DNA of 64,000 nt. Origin: Candidatus Pacearchaeota archaeon (GTDB lineage: Archaea > Nanobdellota > Nanobdellia > Pacearchaeales > GW2011-AR1). The stretch covers positions 51,698 to 115,697 of the forward strand of contig JAPLXZ010000016.1 of assembly GCA_026395815.1 (NCBI GenBank), written 5' to 3'. The first letter of the stretch is position 1. Each line of letters starts with the position of its first letter. Positions 11,450-21,685 of this stretch are shown in pieces. The translations under genes and the position numbers were made by a program. Under the pieces are notes generated by a model. That model searched no databases, was not told where the DNA came from, and was given only the letters and a program-made list of their open reading frames with translations.

Positions 11450-11635
11450 CTAATCCATGTCGTCCCTATCATGTATTCTGTATCTATCAAAGTACTTTAT
11501 AAGAGAAACATTCTCTAAAATTTCCTGAAGTTCTTCACGAGTTTCAAGTGGAAGTTCTCTTAATTGGAGATAAATATCTTTTGAAGATAAATCTGAAAAA
11601 TCATTCCTTTTTGTAAGAATATCTAATCTTGACAT
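11450..11635 (-). CDS. small acidic hypothetical protein
   Basis: 61-aa ORF between rps7 and fusA. Confidence 0.3.
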   Translation of the reverse strand: MSRLDILTKRNDFSDLSSKDIYLQLRELPLETREELQEILENVSLIKYFDRYRIHDRDDMD

Positions 11636-11637
11636 TT

Positions 11638-12249
11638 TTACCTCGCAGAATCCGCCTGCTTTTCTGATTCATTTTTCTTTCTAGCTGCAAAACTTTCACC
11701 ATTATTTTCTGAAGCAAGCATAATCTCTTCAGCTAATGCTTCAGAAATAGTTTTCTTTTTGCCAAAAGCTTTGTCAGATGCTCCATGAACAATCCATCTC
11801 AATGCTAAATTAACTCTTCTTAATGGAGAAACATCCACTGCCTGAGGATATCTCGCTCCTCCGTATTCAATGGCTGTTATCTCATCTCTTGGAGATGAAT
11901 TTTCAACTGCTTTTACAAGCACTTCAACGGGATTTTTTCCTGTTTTTTGCTCTATTAACTTGAATGCTCTAAGAATAGTATTCATATTTTTTGCATACTT
12001 TCCTGTTGCATTTCCTTTGATTATCTTGTGCTTTTTTCCTCTGTGTCCTGCAACAGCAAGTCTATTCATCAATCTTTCAACAATGTTTACTTTAATCTGT
12101 CCGAATCTTTGAACATTCCTTCCATGGCTTTTTAGAATTAGTTTTGGCTGCAGGTTTATGATTGGCCTTATTCCTATATCTTTAATTTCAATACCTTCTG
12201 TTTCATACAGGTCAAATATCTTGAATTTAGGTAAATTTGTTTCTGTCAT
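11638..12249 (-). CDS. rps7: 30S ribosomal protein S7 (uS7)
   Basis: ...AIEYGGARYPQAVDVSPLRRVNLALRWIV... is the S7/S5e signature. Confidence 0.9.
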   Translation of the reverse strand: MTETNLPKFKIFDLYETEGIEIKDIGIRPIINLQPKLILKSHGRNVQRFGQIKVNIVERLMNRLAVAGHRGKKHKIIKGNATGKYAKNMNTILRAFKLIEQKTGKNPVEVLVKAVENSSPRDEITAIEYGGARYPQAVDVSPLRRVNLALRWIVHGASDKAFGKKKTISEALAEEIMLASENNGESFAARKKNESEKQADSAR

Positions 12250-12250
12250 T

Positions 12251-12673
12251 TTATCTCCTACCCTTTTCTATCTTGCCACTTACAAGCAAGTGCAATGGCT
12301 GATCATTTACTTGAATAACTTGATATCTCACTCCAGGAATATCTCCTTTACTTCTTCCCTGTTTTCCACCAATTCTTTCAATCATAACTTCATCATGCTC
12401 ATCAATAAATCTTTGAGCGAGATTTCCTGGAATAAAAGCAGTAACACTCTTGCTGTTCTTTGTAAGCTGAACCTTGCAGCATTTTCTCATCGCTGAATTT
12501 GGCTGTTTTGCTTCTTTTTGAATCTTTGAAAGAACAATTCCTTTTGCTTGATTTGCTCCTCCAAGAGGATCTGATTTAGCATACAAATTAAGAGTTCTTG
12601 CTGAATATTTCGCATCTTTCCATCTAAACTTTTTCCTGTTCTTCATCAATTTTTTGGCGCTTTTCAATCCCAT
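12251..12673 (-). CDS. rps12: 30S ribosomal protein S12 (uS12)
   Basis: [13 protein letters not shown]...VTAFIPG is the S12/S23 signature. Confidence 0.9.
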   Translation of the reverse strand: MGLKSAKKLMKNRKKFRWKDAKYSARTLNLYAKSDPLGGANQAKGIVLSKIQKEAKQPNSAMRKCCKVQLTKNSKSVTAFIPGNLAQRFIDEHDEVMIERIGGKQGRSKGDIPGVRYQVIQVNDQPLHLLVSGKIEKGRR

Positions 12674-12725
12674 AAAGTATAGTTGATAAAATTAGTTTTT
12701 AAAACTTTCCGATAAGACGATAAGA

Positions 12726-13142
12726 TTACACAATCCTAAATTCCTTTCCAAAGTAATCTTTGACTATTCTTTGCATTTCAAGCAATCTTCTCTTGTTTCT
12801 TCCGATAAGAGCTGCTTTGCTTTGGTTTCCGGCTGTTAAAATTATCTCATTAGGAGTTACTTGCAAATCTTTGAATGTGACTGGTTTGACAATGCTTCCT
12901 ATAAACCCTCTTGCATCTTGAATCCCCCTTGGAGTTGGAATCACCCTTATTCTTTTTCCAAGAATTTCACTCATTGTTCTTATGTTTCTTCCTTGTTCGC
13001 CAATTGCCTTGGAAACAAAACTTTTCGGAACACAAAAAATTATTGTTTCGTTATACAAGATGCAGAATCTTGTATTTATCCTTGTTATCTGGCTAAATAG
13101 ATTAAGATGCCTTATATCCTGCATGTCAATTGTGCTTGCCAT
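12726..13142 (-). CDS. nusA: archaeal NusA-like KH-domain protein
   Basis: 138 aa with two KH-like segments (IGEQGRNIRTMSEILGKRIRVI) at the conserved position between rpoA and rps12. Confidence 0.75.
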   Translation of the reverse strand: MASTIDMQDIRHLNLFSQITRINTRFCILYNETIIFCVPKSFVSKAIGEQGRNIRTMSEILGKRIRVIPTPRGIQDARGFIGSIVKPVTFKDLQVTPNEIILTAGNQSKAALIGRNKRRLLEMQRIVKDYFGKEFRIV

Positions 13143-13242
13143 TTTTATATATCGTTATTAAATGCGGAGAATAATTTCTTTTATAAAGTTATTGATTAGC
13201 TTCTTACGATATATTGAGATAATAAAGAGTCATGAAACAAAT

Positions 13243-16200
13243 TTAATTATTTGTTTCATCAACAACTTCTTTTTTTGCTGTTTTCTTTTCAGATTCTTTT
13301 TTTACCAAAGGTCCAATAACTTTTACTAAAAGTCCAGGAAGTCCAGTTCCGACAGGAACAGGTTGGTTTAGCATTATATTTTCTATAACACTTATTAGTT
13401 TGTCTTTGCTTCCTTTTATTGTAGCATTTATGAATTGCTTTCCAGGAGTCTCGAAAGTTGCTCTCGCCAAAATCGAAGACTTTTGAGCGATTATTCCCAT
13501 TCTGGTTACACCTTTGATTTCTCCTGAATTTGTCATAGCATCTGCAACAAGCTTTAGGTGTCTTGCATCAATATCCAAACCCTGTGTGTTTATAACACTG
13601 TAAATTTCATCCATTAAACATTGTCTAGCAACTTCAATCCCAAATAAATCTGCAATTTCATAGAAATCATTTGAAATAATTCTTTCAGCGTCAACTTCTT
13701 TCAATTCAATTATCTTTTTCATGCTTGTTCCAAGAGTCATTATTATGAAATTCCCGCCCTTCTTTACGATCAATATTTGCTTTACTCCTTTAATTCCAGA
13801 AATTATTTGTTTTTTGAGTTTTTCTTTCAACTGGTATATATCTTTAAAGGTGAATTCAGATGCATTTAATATAATTGAATCCGATTTTTCCTTTGCTTTA
13901 AATCCTAAGTCATTCAGCCTTTCAACAACAGTTTTAATTGAAATATGAGTTTGTTTTAATCCTGTTTTGTCAATCTTTATTTCTATTGTTTTATTGCCGA
14001 AATCTAAATCTATTTCAGAAGCAATTTCTTTTAATGTTACTTCTTTAATCTTTTCAGCAAAGATTTTTGCATCTTTTTCATTGTTATATTCTTTTTTCAA
14101 GAAAATTTCCATTTTTGGAGAAGAGGGTTTCTTTCTCGCATCGAAAATTTCAATTAATCTTGGCAAACCCATTGTTATCTGCATTTCTTGTACTCCTGCA
14201 AAGTGGAATACATTCAATGCCATTTGAGTAGAAGGCTCTCCGAAAGATTGAGCAGTAACAATTCCAATCGCTTCTCCAGGGCAGATTTGCTCGTTAAGAT
14301 GAAGCTTTGAAACATCCAATCCATCATCGCCATATATATACTGTATGACATTATTGTTGCTGTCCCTTATTGTTCCATCATATTCTACTCTTAAATCCTG
14401 AAGAGCATTTGCAAGTCTTCTGTATAAATATCCTGATTTAGGAGTTCTCAATGCTGTATCCATCAGGGAATCACGCCCTGTGATTGCCCCAAAGAAAAAT
14501 TCATCAGGCCTCAATCCTCTTATGAACGAACTTCTAATAAATCCTCTTGCATGAGGAGACAAATCTCCTTGCTTGAAAAAAGACAAGGTCCTTTTATTAT
14601 ATCCCAAGTCAATTCTTTTTCCCCACATTGATTGCTGTCCTACACAAGAAGCCATCTGTGTGATATTAAGTATATTTCCTCCACCACCAGACATTATCAT
14701 GTGATTTACAGGATTATCTTGAGGGAATTCTTTTTTTACTATTTCTCCTATTTTTGTTCTTACTTCGTTTAACGTTTGAAGTATCTTTATTTCTCTTGAT
14801 TCTTCTTCTGTCTTTCCAGGAATTCTTTCTAATTCTCCTCTTTTATACTCATCAATTATCTCTTCTGTTCTTTTTTCTGCTTTCTTAATTATTTCTTCTC
14901 CAGCATCAATAACACTTTGGTCTAAATCTAAATCTTCAAGCGAGATTGTTATTCCTTTATCAAAAAGATAATTAACTCCGAGGTTGAATGCTCTTTTTAT
15001 TGTTTCTAATGTTTCATGAACGCCTATTTGCTTATCCAATTCTTTTATCAGTTCTCCATCCTCGCTTCCAAATAATGTTTTGTTTAATTTTCCCTTTACT
15101 ACTTCTCCATCCTTTATTTTAACAGAATCGTTTGAAAAATCTATCTTAGGAAGTATTTTTGAGAACAATTCCATTCCACTAATATTCTTTTTGCTTATTT
15201 GTACATTGATTCCTGATTTGTAAAGAATCTGATTTGCATATTCTCTTGAAAATTCTTCTCTTCCAAGCAAATAATTCCCTGTTATAGCATCTCCTATGCA
15301 GCCAATAAGATTTGTATTATTTTTAGGGGAAAAAAGGTTTCTTTTAACATCGAGGAGTATTTTTGCTTCTGCTCTTGCTTCTTCTGTTTGCGGAGAGTGA
15401 ATATTCATTTCATCGCCATCAAAATCAGCGTTATAAGGAGCAGCTACAGCAGGATGCAGTCTGAAAGTTCTTCCTGGAAGTATTTTTACAAAATGAGCCA
15501 TCAAGCTTCCTCTATGAAGGCTTGGATGTCTGTTAAACAAAACAATATCTCCGTCCTGCAAGTGCCTCTCTACCTTATATCCTGGAGACAGTTCATTGAT
15601 TATTTCCTGCTTTAAATCAGGGGATATCTTTTTTCTTTTTCCATCAGGTCTTATAACATAATTAGCTCCGGGATATTCTTCTGCTTTCTCGACGAGTTTT
15701 TTCAGTTTTTCAATATTCAAATCAGTTACGCTTTCAGCAACAGTCACAACTTTCGCGATTTCATAAGGAACTCCGACTTCATTAATCTCCAAGTAAGGGT
15801 CTGGAGAAATGACTGTTCTTCCAGAATAGTTAACTCTCTTTCCTGCCAAATTTTTTCTGATTCTTCCTTCCTTGCCTTTTATTCTTTCCATAATTGTCTT
15901 TAAAGGCTGCCCACTTCTGTGACGAGCAGGAGGAATTTTAGCAACGCTGTTGTCGAAAAATGTTGTAATATGAAACTGCAGCAAATCCCATAAATCTTCT
16001 ATGATTACTTCTGGAGCTCCTGCATTCAAATTTTCCCAAAGCCTTTGATTTGCTCTTATAATATCGGACAGTTTATGGGTTAAGTCATCTTCGCTTCTTT
16101 CTCCTGTTTCCAATATAATACTCGGTCTAACAGTTACAGGAGGAACTAAAAGCATTGTTAGAATAGCCCATTCTGGCCTGCATGTATTGGAATTAACTCC

Positions 16201-16737
16201 TATTTTCTTTAATTCCTCGTTTTTAATATTCACGAGTATTTCTCTGATTTCAGTGGGGAATAATCTTGTTTTTCCTATAAGAAAATTAGTTGGCTTGTCA
16301 AGTTTGACTCTTTCATGAACAGCTCCGCAGTGAGGGCATTTCTTTGCGTCTTTTGCTTTCTTTGCTCTTTCACTGGGAGTGAATCTTTCTAGATCTTTCT
16401 CAGCAATCAAAAGCTTTCCACATTCTTTGCAAAAGCACCTCAATCCAAGTTCGATTAATGGAACATATTTTAAGTGTATTACAGACCTCGCTAAATCGAT
16501 GCTTCCAGAATGTCCGAGGCATTCTTTCAATCTTCCTCCGCATGTTCTGCATCTTACACCAGGATCAATTGCTCCTAATCTTAAATCCATTAAACCACCG
16601 TCTACAGGATAACCGTCAATGTTGTAAAGTTCTGGTGTTACTATTTTTGCAGCAGAGATTTTTTTGATGTCATCCGGGCTAAATAAGGTAAATCTTATTT
16701 CGTCTACTTTCTTCTTTATTGGTCTGGTTTCTATCAT
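13243..16737 (-). CDS. rpoA: DNA-directed RNA polymerase subunit A, A' and A'' fused in one ORF
   Basis: N-terminal zinc-binding Cys clusters, NADFDGDEMN active site, and a C-terminus with GIEVARQ...RHLKLVADAMT...GTGLPG, which is normally in the separate A'' subunit. A single 1164-aa ORF. Confidence 0.9.
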   Translation of the reverse strand: MIETRPIKKKVDEIRFTLFSPDDIKKISAAKIVTPELYNIDGYPVDGGLMDLRLGAIDPGVRCRTCGGRLKECLGHSGSIDLARSVIHLKYVPLIELGLRCFCKECGKLLIAEKDLERFTPSERAKKAKDAKKCPHCGAVHERVKLDKPTNFLIGKTRLFPTEIREILVNIKNEELKKIGVNSNTCRPEWAILTMLLVPPVTVRPSIILETGERSEDDLTHKLSDIIRANQRLWENLNAGAPEVIIEDLWDLLQFHITTFFDNSVAKIPPARHRSGQPLKTIMERIKGKEGRIRKNLAGKRVNYSGRTVISPDPYLEINEVGVPYEIAKVVTVAESVTDLNIEKLKKLVEKAEEYPGANYVIRPDGKRKKISPDLKQEIINELSPGYKVERHLQDGDIVLFNRHPSLHRGSLMAHFVKILPGRTFRLHPAVAAPYNADFDGDEMNIHSPQTEEARAEAKILLDVKRNLFSPKNNTNLIGCIGDAITGNYLLGREEFSREYANQILYKSGINVQISKKNISGMELFSKILPKIDFSNDSVKIKDGEVVKGKLNKTLFGSEDGELIKELDKQIGVHETLETIKRAFNLGVNYLFDKGITISLEDLDLDQSVIDAGEEIIKKAEKRTEEIIDEYKRGELERIPGKTEEESREIKILQTLNEVRTKIGEIVKKEFPQDNPVNHMIMSGGGGNILNITQMASCVGQQSMWGKRIDLGYNKRTLSFFKQGDLSPHARGFIRSSFIRGLRPDEFFFGAITGRDSLMDTALRTPKSGYLYRRLANALQDLRVEYDGTIRDSNNNVIQYIYGDDGLDVSKLHLNEQICPGEAIGIVTAQSFGEPSTQMALNVFHFAGVQEMQITMGLPRLIEIFDARKKPSSPKMEIFLKKEYNNEKDAKIFAEKIKEVTLKEIASEIDLDFGNKTIEIKIDKTGLKQTHISIKTVVERLNDLGFKAKEKSDSIILNASEFTFKDIYQLKEKLKKQIISGIKGVKQILIVKKGGNFIIMTLGTSMKKIIELKEVDAERIISNDFYEIADLFGIEVARQCLMDEIYSVINTQGLDIDARHLKLVADAMTNSGEIKGVTRMGIIAQKSSILARATFETPGKQFINATIKGSKDKLISVIENIMLNQPVPVGTGLPGLLVKVIGPLVKKESEKKTAKKEVVDETNN

Positions 16738-16928
16738 TTTTTAGTTCCTCCGTAAATATTAAAATAATTATGAAGCCCACAGTTGGCATAATCTCCCTTG
16801 CATACTAAATCAGGCATACCATCACATAACATACTTAATAATAGATGAGGACAGCTTCTCTTTTCATCTGTCTTTCTAATTTCTTCTGCTAATTTTTTTC
16901 TTAATTTTAATTGATTCATTTTATTCAT
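16734..16928 (-). CDS. small Cys/His-containing ORF translationally coupled between rpoB and rpoA
   Basis: 64 aa. Its start overlaps the rpoB stop by 8 nt, and its stop overlaps the rpoA start (ATGA). Four Cys and two His suggest a possible zinc-binding protein. Confidence 0.3.
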   Translation of the reverse strand: MNKMNQLKLRKKLAEEIRKTDEKRSCPHLLLSMLCDGMPDLVCKGDYANCGLHNYFNIYGGTKK

Positions 16929-19900
16929 ATTTATTTTTTAATCCGAAAGTTGTGTGAATATGCAGTCCTTGGAGTTCCTCTAAAAGCAATTTGAATGCGT
17001 ATGACATTTCAACAGGCTCTATATCCTCGCTGTTGCACATTGGGCATATAAGCTTATTTCTGATATTATCATCTATTCCAACGCTTCCGCATTTCATGCA
17101 GATAGGCAATACAACTTTATCAGAATCATATCTTTCTTTAAGCAATAATGAAGCACCATGAGCAACCAATGCTTCCTGTTCCATTTCTCCCAATCTAAGT
17201 GCCCCTCCTCTTGCTCTACCTTCAACAGGCTGTCTTGTCAAAAGAGCAATTTTTCCAGAAGCTCTTCCGTGCAACTTGTTTCCAACCATGTATTTTAACT
17301 TTAGATAGTAAAGGTTTCCGATGAATATTTTTGCAGACAATCTTTTTCCAGTAATTCCATTATACATTGTTTCTTTTCCGTCATATCTAAATCCAAGATT
17401 CTTCAGTTGTTCTTCTAATTCTTTTTTTCCTACCCCTAAGAAAGAAGTTCCGTCGACTGTTTCTCCGCTTAGGCTTCCAACTTTTCCAGCAATCAACTCT
17501 AACAAATATCCAACAGTCATTCTGCTTGGCAAACCATGCGGATTAAACATAACGTCCGGCCTTACTCCTCTTGCAGTAAAAGGAACATCTTCTTCAGGAA
17601 CTATCATTCCTATTACTCCTTTTTGCCCATGCGCTGTTGCAAACTTATCCCCTAACTCAGGGATTCGCGGATCTCTTGTTCTTACTTGAACAATCTTGTT
17701 TCCTTCATCATCTTCTGTTATGAAGATTGCATCGACAATCCCCTTTTCCTCTTGCCTCATTGTTATGCTTGATTCTTTTTTTGTTTTTATAGAAATCTCT
17801 CTTGCTTCAGATAAGAACTTTGGAGGGGACATTTTTCCTATAAGAACTTCTCCTTCATTTACTTCTGCTTCAGTATAAACAATGCCATCTCCTTCCAATA
17901 ATTTGTAACTTGCTTCTGTTTTATATCCAGATGTATCTTTTTCAGGAATGGCAATTTCATCTTTTAGCCCTCCTGCATAGTTCATTTCAACTGCATTATA
18001 CGGCCTGAAATAAAAGCTTCTTCCAACTCCCCTATCCAAGCTTCCTTTGTTAAATACCAATGCATCTTCCATGTTATATCCTTCATAAGTCATTACAGCA
18101 ACAACTAAATTTTGGCCAGCAGGATAAGTGTTCAATGTATCGTAAACAAAACTTCTTACAATTGGTTTTTGTGGATATTGAAGAATGCTGACATCAGTAT
18201 CAAGCCTGCAAAGATAATTTGCAGCATACAATCCAAGTGCCTGTTTCTGAGTTTTACTTCCCCTGTTCAATCTTGAACTTTGGTCATGATTGCCATAAGG
18301 AACAAGGCTTGTAACAACTCCGAACAAATCAATATGATCAATTTCAAGGTGTGTGTGTTCAGGAGTTAGTTCTGCTTCGTAAAGAGAAACCAATGCATTT
18401 TCTTCTTCAGCAGCATCGAGATATTCTATAATTCCTTTGCTTAACAAATCTTCCCATCTTAATTCTCCTTGCTCAATTTGAATAAGATGCTCGTTCTTTA
18501 ATCTTGGATTTCCGTTTTCTACAATTATCAATGGTCTTAAAACTCTTCCAGGCTCTGTTGAAATTAAAACTATCTTGAATCCAGGGTCATTTCTTATGCT
18601 CATTTGTATTGGAAGTCCACCTTCTCTTCTTCTTTCCTTTAATTTTTTAACAAAATCAAGAGGGTCTTTTATGTTTCCAATAAACCTACCGTTAAAAAAA
18701 ACATCTGTTTCATTTTGCCCTTCAATCTCCATTCCAATTAATTGTATATCTCTCAAGAATTTTTCCAAATCCAGCTCAACTCTTGTTGATATCTTGCTCA
18801 ATATTGCGAGATTTTTTCTCAAGCCAATTTCAGTTCCTTCTGGTGTTTCTATGGGGCAAAATCTGCCATAGTGGGTAGGATGGAGTGTTCTTGCTAAAAA
18901 GTTTTCCTGGTCTGAAGGTAGCATGCTTGAAACTCTCTGCAATTGTGAAATCATCGCAAGATAATTTGTCTTATCCATGTTTTGCGTAACTCCGCTTCTT
19001 TCTCCTGTCCAGCTTCCTGTTGCAATTGCAGACTCCACTCTGTGTGAGAATAGAGTTGATTTTGCTATGACTCTTATTGAAAAGAATTTTTTTCTTTTTG
19101 ATGATTTTTGCAATGAGTATTGAATGTCACGAATTAAAATTCCCAAATTTACTCTGAATAAGTTTGCCAGCAAATCACCTGAAAGCCTTACCCTTTTGTT
19201 TGAATAATGATCCTTGTCTGTTCTTAATTCCGGATTTTCTTTTGCAATCAAAAATTGCTTTATTAATTTGCAGATTGTTACCGCTTTTATTATTCTATCT
19301 TCTTTTTTTTGTCCTATATGCGGCAATAAATAAGAATCGATTCTCTGTTTTACCCTGTCTAAAATCTCCTTTTTTGTTCCCTGCAATCCTGTTTTCTCTG
19401 CTATAGCCATCATTGCATCTTCTTTTGTTGCTATGTTCACAAATTCATACAAATTGACTATTACGCTGTCTGTTTCTTTTCCTATGTATCTTGCAATGTC
19501 AGATTCTTTAACTAAGCCAAGTGCCTTTAGCATAATCACAGCAGGCAAATCCTTAAATCTGCTGAATGATAATTCGATTAATCCTTCCTTGCTTTCTGAA
19601 ATTGTTACAGGGATTCTATATGTTCCCTTTAATGAAAATAGTCTCAAGATTAAATTTCCCTTGCTGTTTGTTTCAATGAATGGCTGATTTTCTGCAAGAT
19701 CTTCTGCCATAACCATTACTCTTTCATTTCCATTGACTATAAAATATCCTCCTGGATCTAATGGGTCAGAATAATTTTCAATCAATTGCCCATCGTCCAT
19801 TCCGCAAGTATTGCATGCTTTGCTCTTTACCATGATTGGAATCTTTCCTATTTCAACAACTTCAGAATCAACTTGGTCACCTTTTCTTACAGTTATTTCA

Positions 19901-20175
19901 AGAGTAACTGGAGCAGAATAAGTTAAACTTCTGAGCCTTGCTTCATAAGGCATAATCAAAGAAGAACTTCCGTCGGCTTCAATAACTTTTGGTTTTTCTA
20001 CTTTTATTTTTCCAAGAGTTATTTGAAATTCCTCGTTGTTGATTGTCTCTGATATTTCATCAACAATTTCCTGCATCCTCTGTCCAAGGAATTCATTGAA
20101 GGAGATTATGTTCGATTCTACAAGAGAATGTTCTTCAAGATACTTCTTTATTACGAGGTGATTATCCTTTTTCAT
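16921..20175 (-). CDS. rpoB: DNA-directed RNA polymerase subunit B (unsplit)
   Basis: 1084 aa with Rpb2 hybrid-binding and anchor motifs and a C-terminal Cys4 zinc ribbon. Confidence 0.95.
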   Translation of the reverse strand: MKKDNHLVIKKYLEEHSLVESNIISFNEFLGQRMQEIVDEISETINNEEFQITLGKIKVEKPKVIEADGSSSLIMPYEARLRSLTYSAPVTLEITVRKGDQVDSEVVEIGKIPIMVKSKACNTCGMDDGQLIENYSDPLDPGGYFIVNGNERVMVMAEDLAENQPFIETNSKGNLILRLFSLKGTYRIPVTISESKEGLIELSFSRFKDLPAVIMLKALGLVKESDIARYIGKETDSVIVNLYEFVNIATKEDAMMAIAEKTGLQGTKKEILDRVKQRIDSYLLPHIGQKKEDRIIKAVTICKLIKQFLIAKENPELRTDKDHYSNKRVRLSGDLLANLFRVNLGILIRDIQYSLQKSSKRKKFFSIRVIAKSTLFSHRVESAIATGSWTGERSGVTQNMDKTNYLAMISQLQRVSSMLPSDQENFLARTLHPTHYGRFCPIETPEGTEIGLRKNLAILSKISTRVELDLEKFLRDIQLIGMEIEGQNETDVFFNGRFIGNIKDPLDFVKKLKERRREGGLPIQMSIRNDPGFKIVLISTEPGRVLRPLIIVENGNPRLKNEHLIQIEQGELRWEDLLSKGIIEYLDAAEEENALVSLYEAELTPEHTHLEIDHIDLFGVVTSLVPYGNHDQSSRLNRGSKTQKQALGLYAANYLCRLDTDVSILQYPQKPIVRSFVYDTLNTYPAGQNLVVAVMTYEGYNMEDALVFNKGSLDRGVGRSFYFRPYNAVEMNYAGGLKDEIAIPEKDTSGYKTEASYKLLEGDGIVYTEAEVNEGEVLIGKMSPPKFLSEAREISIKTKKESSITMRQEEKGIVDAIFITEDDEGNKIVQVRTRDPRIPELGDKFATAHGQKGVIGMIVPEEDVPFTARGVRPDVMFNPHGLPSRMTVGYLLELIAGKVGSLSGETVDGTSFLGVGKKELEEQLKNLGFRYDGKETMYNGITGKRLSAKIFIGNLYYLKLKYMVGNKLHGRASGKIALLTRQPVEGRARGGALRLGEMEQEALVAHGASLLLKERYDSDKVVLPICMKCGSVGIDDNIRNKLICPMCNSEDIEPVEMSYAFKLLLEELQGLHIHTTFGLKNKYE

Positions 20176-20192
20176 CTTATAACCTGCATTAA

Positions 20193-20387
20193 TTAAACGA
20201 CAACTCTGAAATAAACTCCAGATTTTCTTTCAATTTTGATTATGTCTCCAACATTGCAGCCTTCTGGCAACGCAGCATCTGTTGAAAGAATTTTAGGCAA
20301 TTGGGCTTTAGAAACATTGAATTGTTTTAGCAATTCTTCGGATTCTTTTTCACTGAGTTTTACATGTTTGGGTTGTAGAATATGCAT
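20193..20387 (-). CDS. rpoH: DNA-directed RNA polymerase subunit H (Rpb5 homolog)
   Basis: 64 aa, HVKLSEKESEELLKQFNVSKAQLPKI...GDIIKIERKSGVYFRVV, located upstream of rpoB. Confidence 0.85.
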   Translation of the reverse strand: MHILQPKHVKLSEKESEELLKQFNVSKAQLPKILSTDAALPEGCNVGDIIKIERKSGVYFRVVV

Positions 20388-20527
20388 TTTTAAGCAAAAA
20401 GGGGTTTTAATAGGACATGAAGTTTAAACCAACTTTAACAACTTCTCAATAATAAAAAATAGCAAAAATCAGTTTAAAAACCTTTGGGTAAGAGGAATTT
20501 GCACAGGTTTTTCACAAAAAGTCATGA

Positions 20528-20722
20528 TTATTTCCCTGTTATTATAGAAGTTATAGCAGCAAAACCACCAAGAATAAGGGTAATTGTTAATGCTTCTCCG
20601 ATTAATTTTGGGTTATTAACATTGGTTGTAAAGGCAGGAAGGAAAATAAAGAGAAGATATCCTACCCAAATAATTAGTGAAACCACTATAATGATAAACC
20701 CACTTTTTCTAAATAAATCCAT
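20528..20722 (-). CDS. small membrane protein
   Basis: 64 aa with two TM helices; the ORF on the opposite strand looks like a shadow. Confidence 0.25.
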   Translation of the reverse strand: MDLFRKSGFIIIVVSLIIWVGYLLFIFLPAFTTNVNNPKLIGEALTITLILGGFAAITSIITGK

Positions 20723-20808
20723 ATCTTCAATAGACCTTCAATGTTTAAAAGTTTATTTATTGTTTCTTTAGCAAACAAAAATTTGGAAACTTTTAAAAAC
20801 TAATTTTA

Positions 20809-21081
20809 TTGATAGTTATTATGACTAACGGAAAAATTATACAATTTAGAATGGGAAGGCATACAATTCATGAAAAGCATTTTATCATCGAAATTGAAGG
20901 AATTTTGAACAGAGAAGAAGCAGAAAAATTTGTAGGAAAAGAAGTTGAATGGAAATCTCCAGCAGGAAAAATGATAAAGGGGAAAATTTCTTCTCCTCAT
21001 GGAAATAATGGACTTGTTCGAGCCATCTTTGAAACAGGGCTTCCTGGACAGGCAATCACAACAAAAGTAGAGGTGAAATAA
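20809..21081 (+). CDS. rpl35ae: 50S ribosomal protein L35Ae (eL33)
   Basis: RMGRHT...WKSPAGKMIKGKISSPHGNNGLVRAIFETGLPGQAI matches the L35Ae family pattern. Confidence 0.85.
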   Translation: MIVIMTNGKIIQFRMGRHTIHEKHFIIEIEGILNREEAEKFVGKEVEWKSPAGKMIKGKISSPHGNNGLVRAIFETGLPGQAITTKVEVK

Positions 21082-21099
21082 TAAAATTAATAACTTACC

Positions 21100-21636
21100 A
21101 TGGCAATAAGAAGATCTTCAGCATATTCAAAAAAAACTGTTGTTCCTTATACAAGAACAAGCAAGCAAAAAAGCAAGGCATATGTAAAGACAGTTCCACC
21201 TTCTAAAATCGTTAAGTTCAGTATGGGAAATCTCAATCTTTTTAGAGAAGGTAAATTGCAGCATATTTTGATTCTTGCTACAGCAGAAAAAATTCAAATC
21301 AGGCAGAATGCAATTGAAGCCTGCAGGCAGTATATACACAAAAAATTAGATGAAGAATTAGGAGGTCCGTACTTTTTTAGAGTAATTCCTTTTGCCCACC
21401 ATATTCAAAGGGAAAACAAAATGTTGACGGGGGCAGGAAGTGATAGAATGCAAAAAGGAATGCAATTATCTTTTGGAAAAACAATTGCAAAGGCTGCAAT
21501 TTTAAGAAAAAATGACCCAATCTTTTCTGCAGCTGTCCAAAGTCAAAAAGCAGTTTCATTCGTAAGAAAAACATACAAACAAGTGAAATCAAAGCTTCCA
21601 TGCACGATAAAGATGATTTATGAGTTCAGCAAATAA
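21100..21636 (+). CDS. rpl10e: 50S ribosomal protein L10e (uL16)
   Basis: 178 aa with L10e/L16 core motifs (RMQKGMQLSFGK...). Confidence 0.9.
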   Translation: MAIRRSSAYSKKTVVPYTRTSKQKSKAYVKTVPPSKIVKFSMGNLNLFREGKLQHILILATAEKIQIRQNAIEACRQYIHKKLDEELGGPYFFRVIPFAHHIQRENKMLTGAGSDRMQKGMQLSFGKTIAKAAILRKNDPIFSAAVQSQKAVSFVRKTYKQVKSKLPCTIKMIYEFSK

Positions 21637-21685
21637 TTCTAATTAACTATTTAGTGGTAACATCAGAAAGATTTATAAACTTGCT

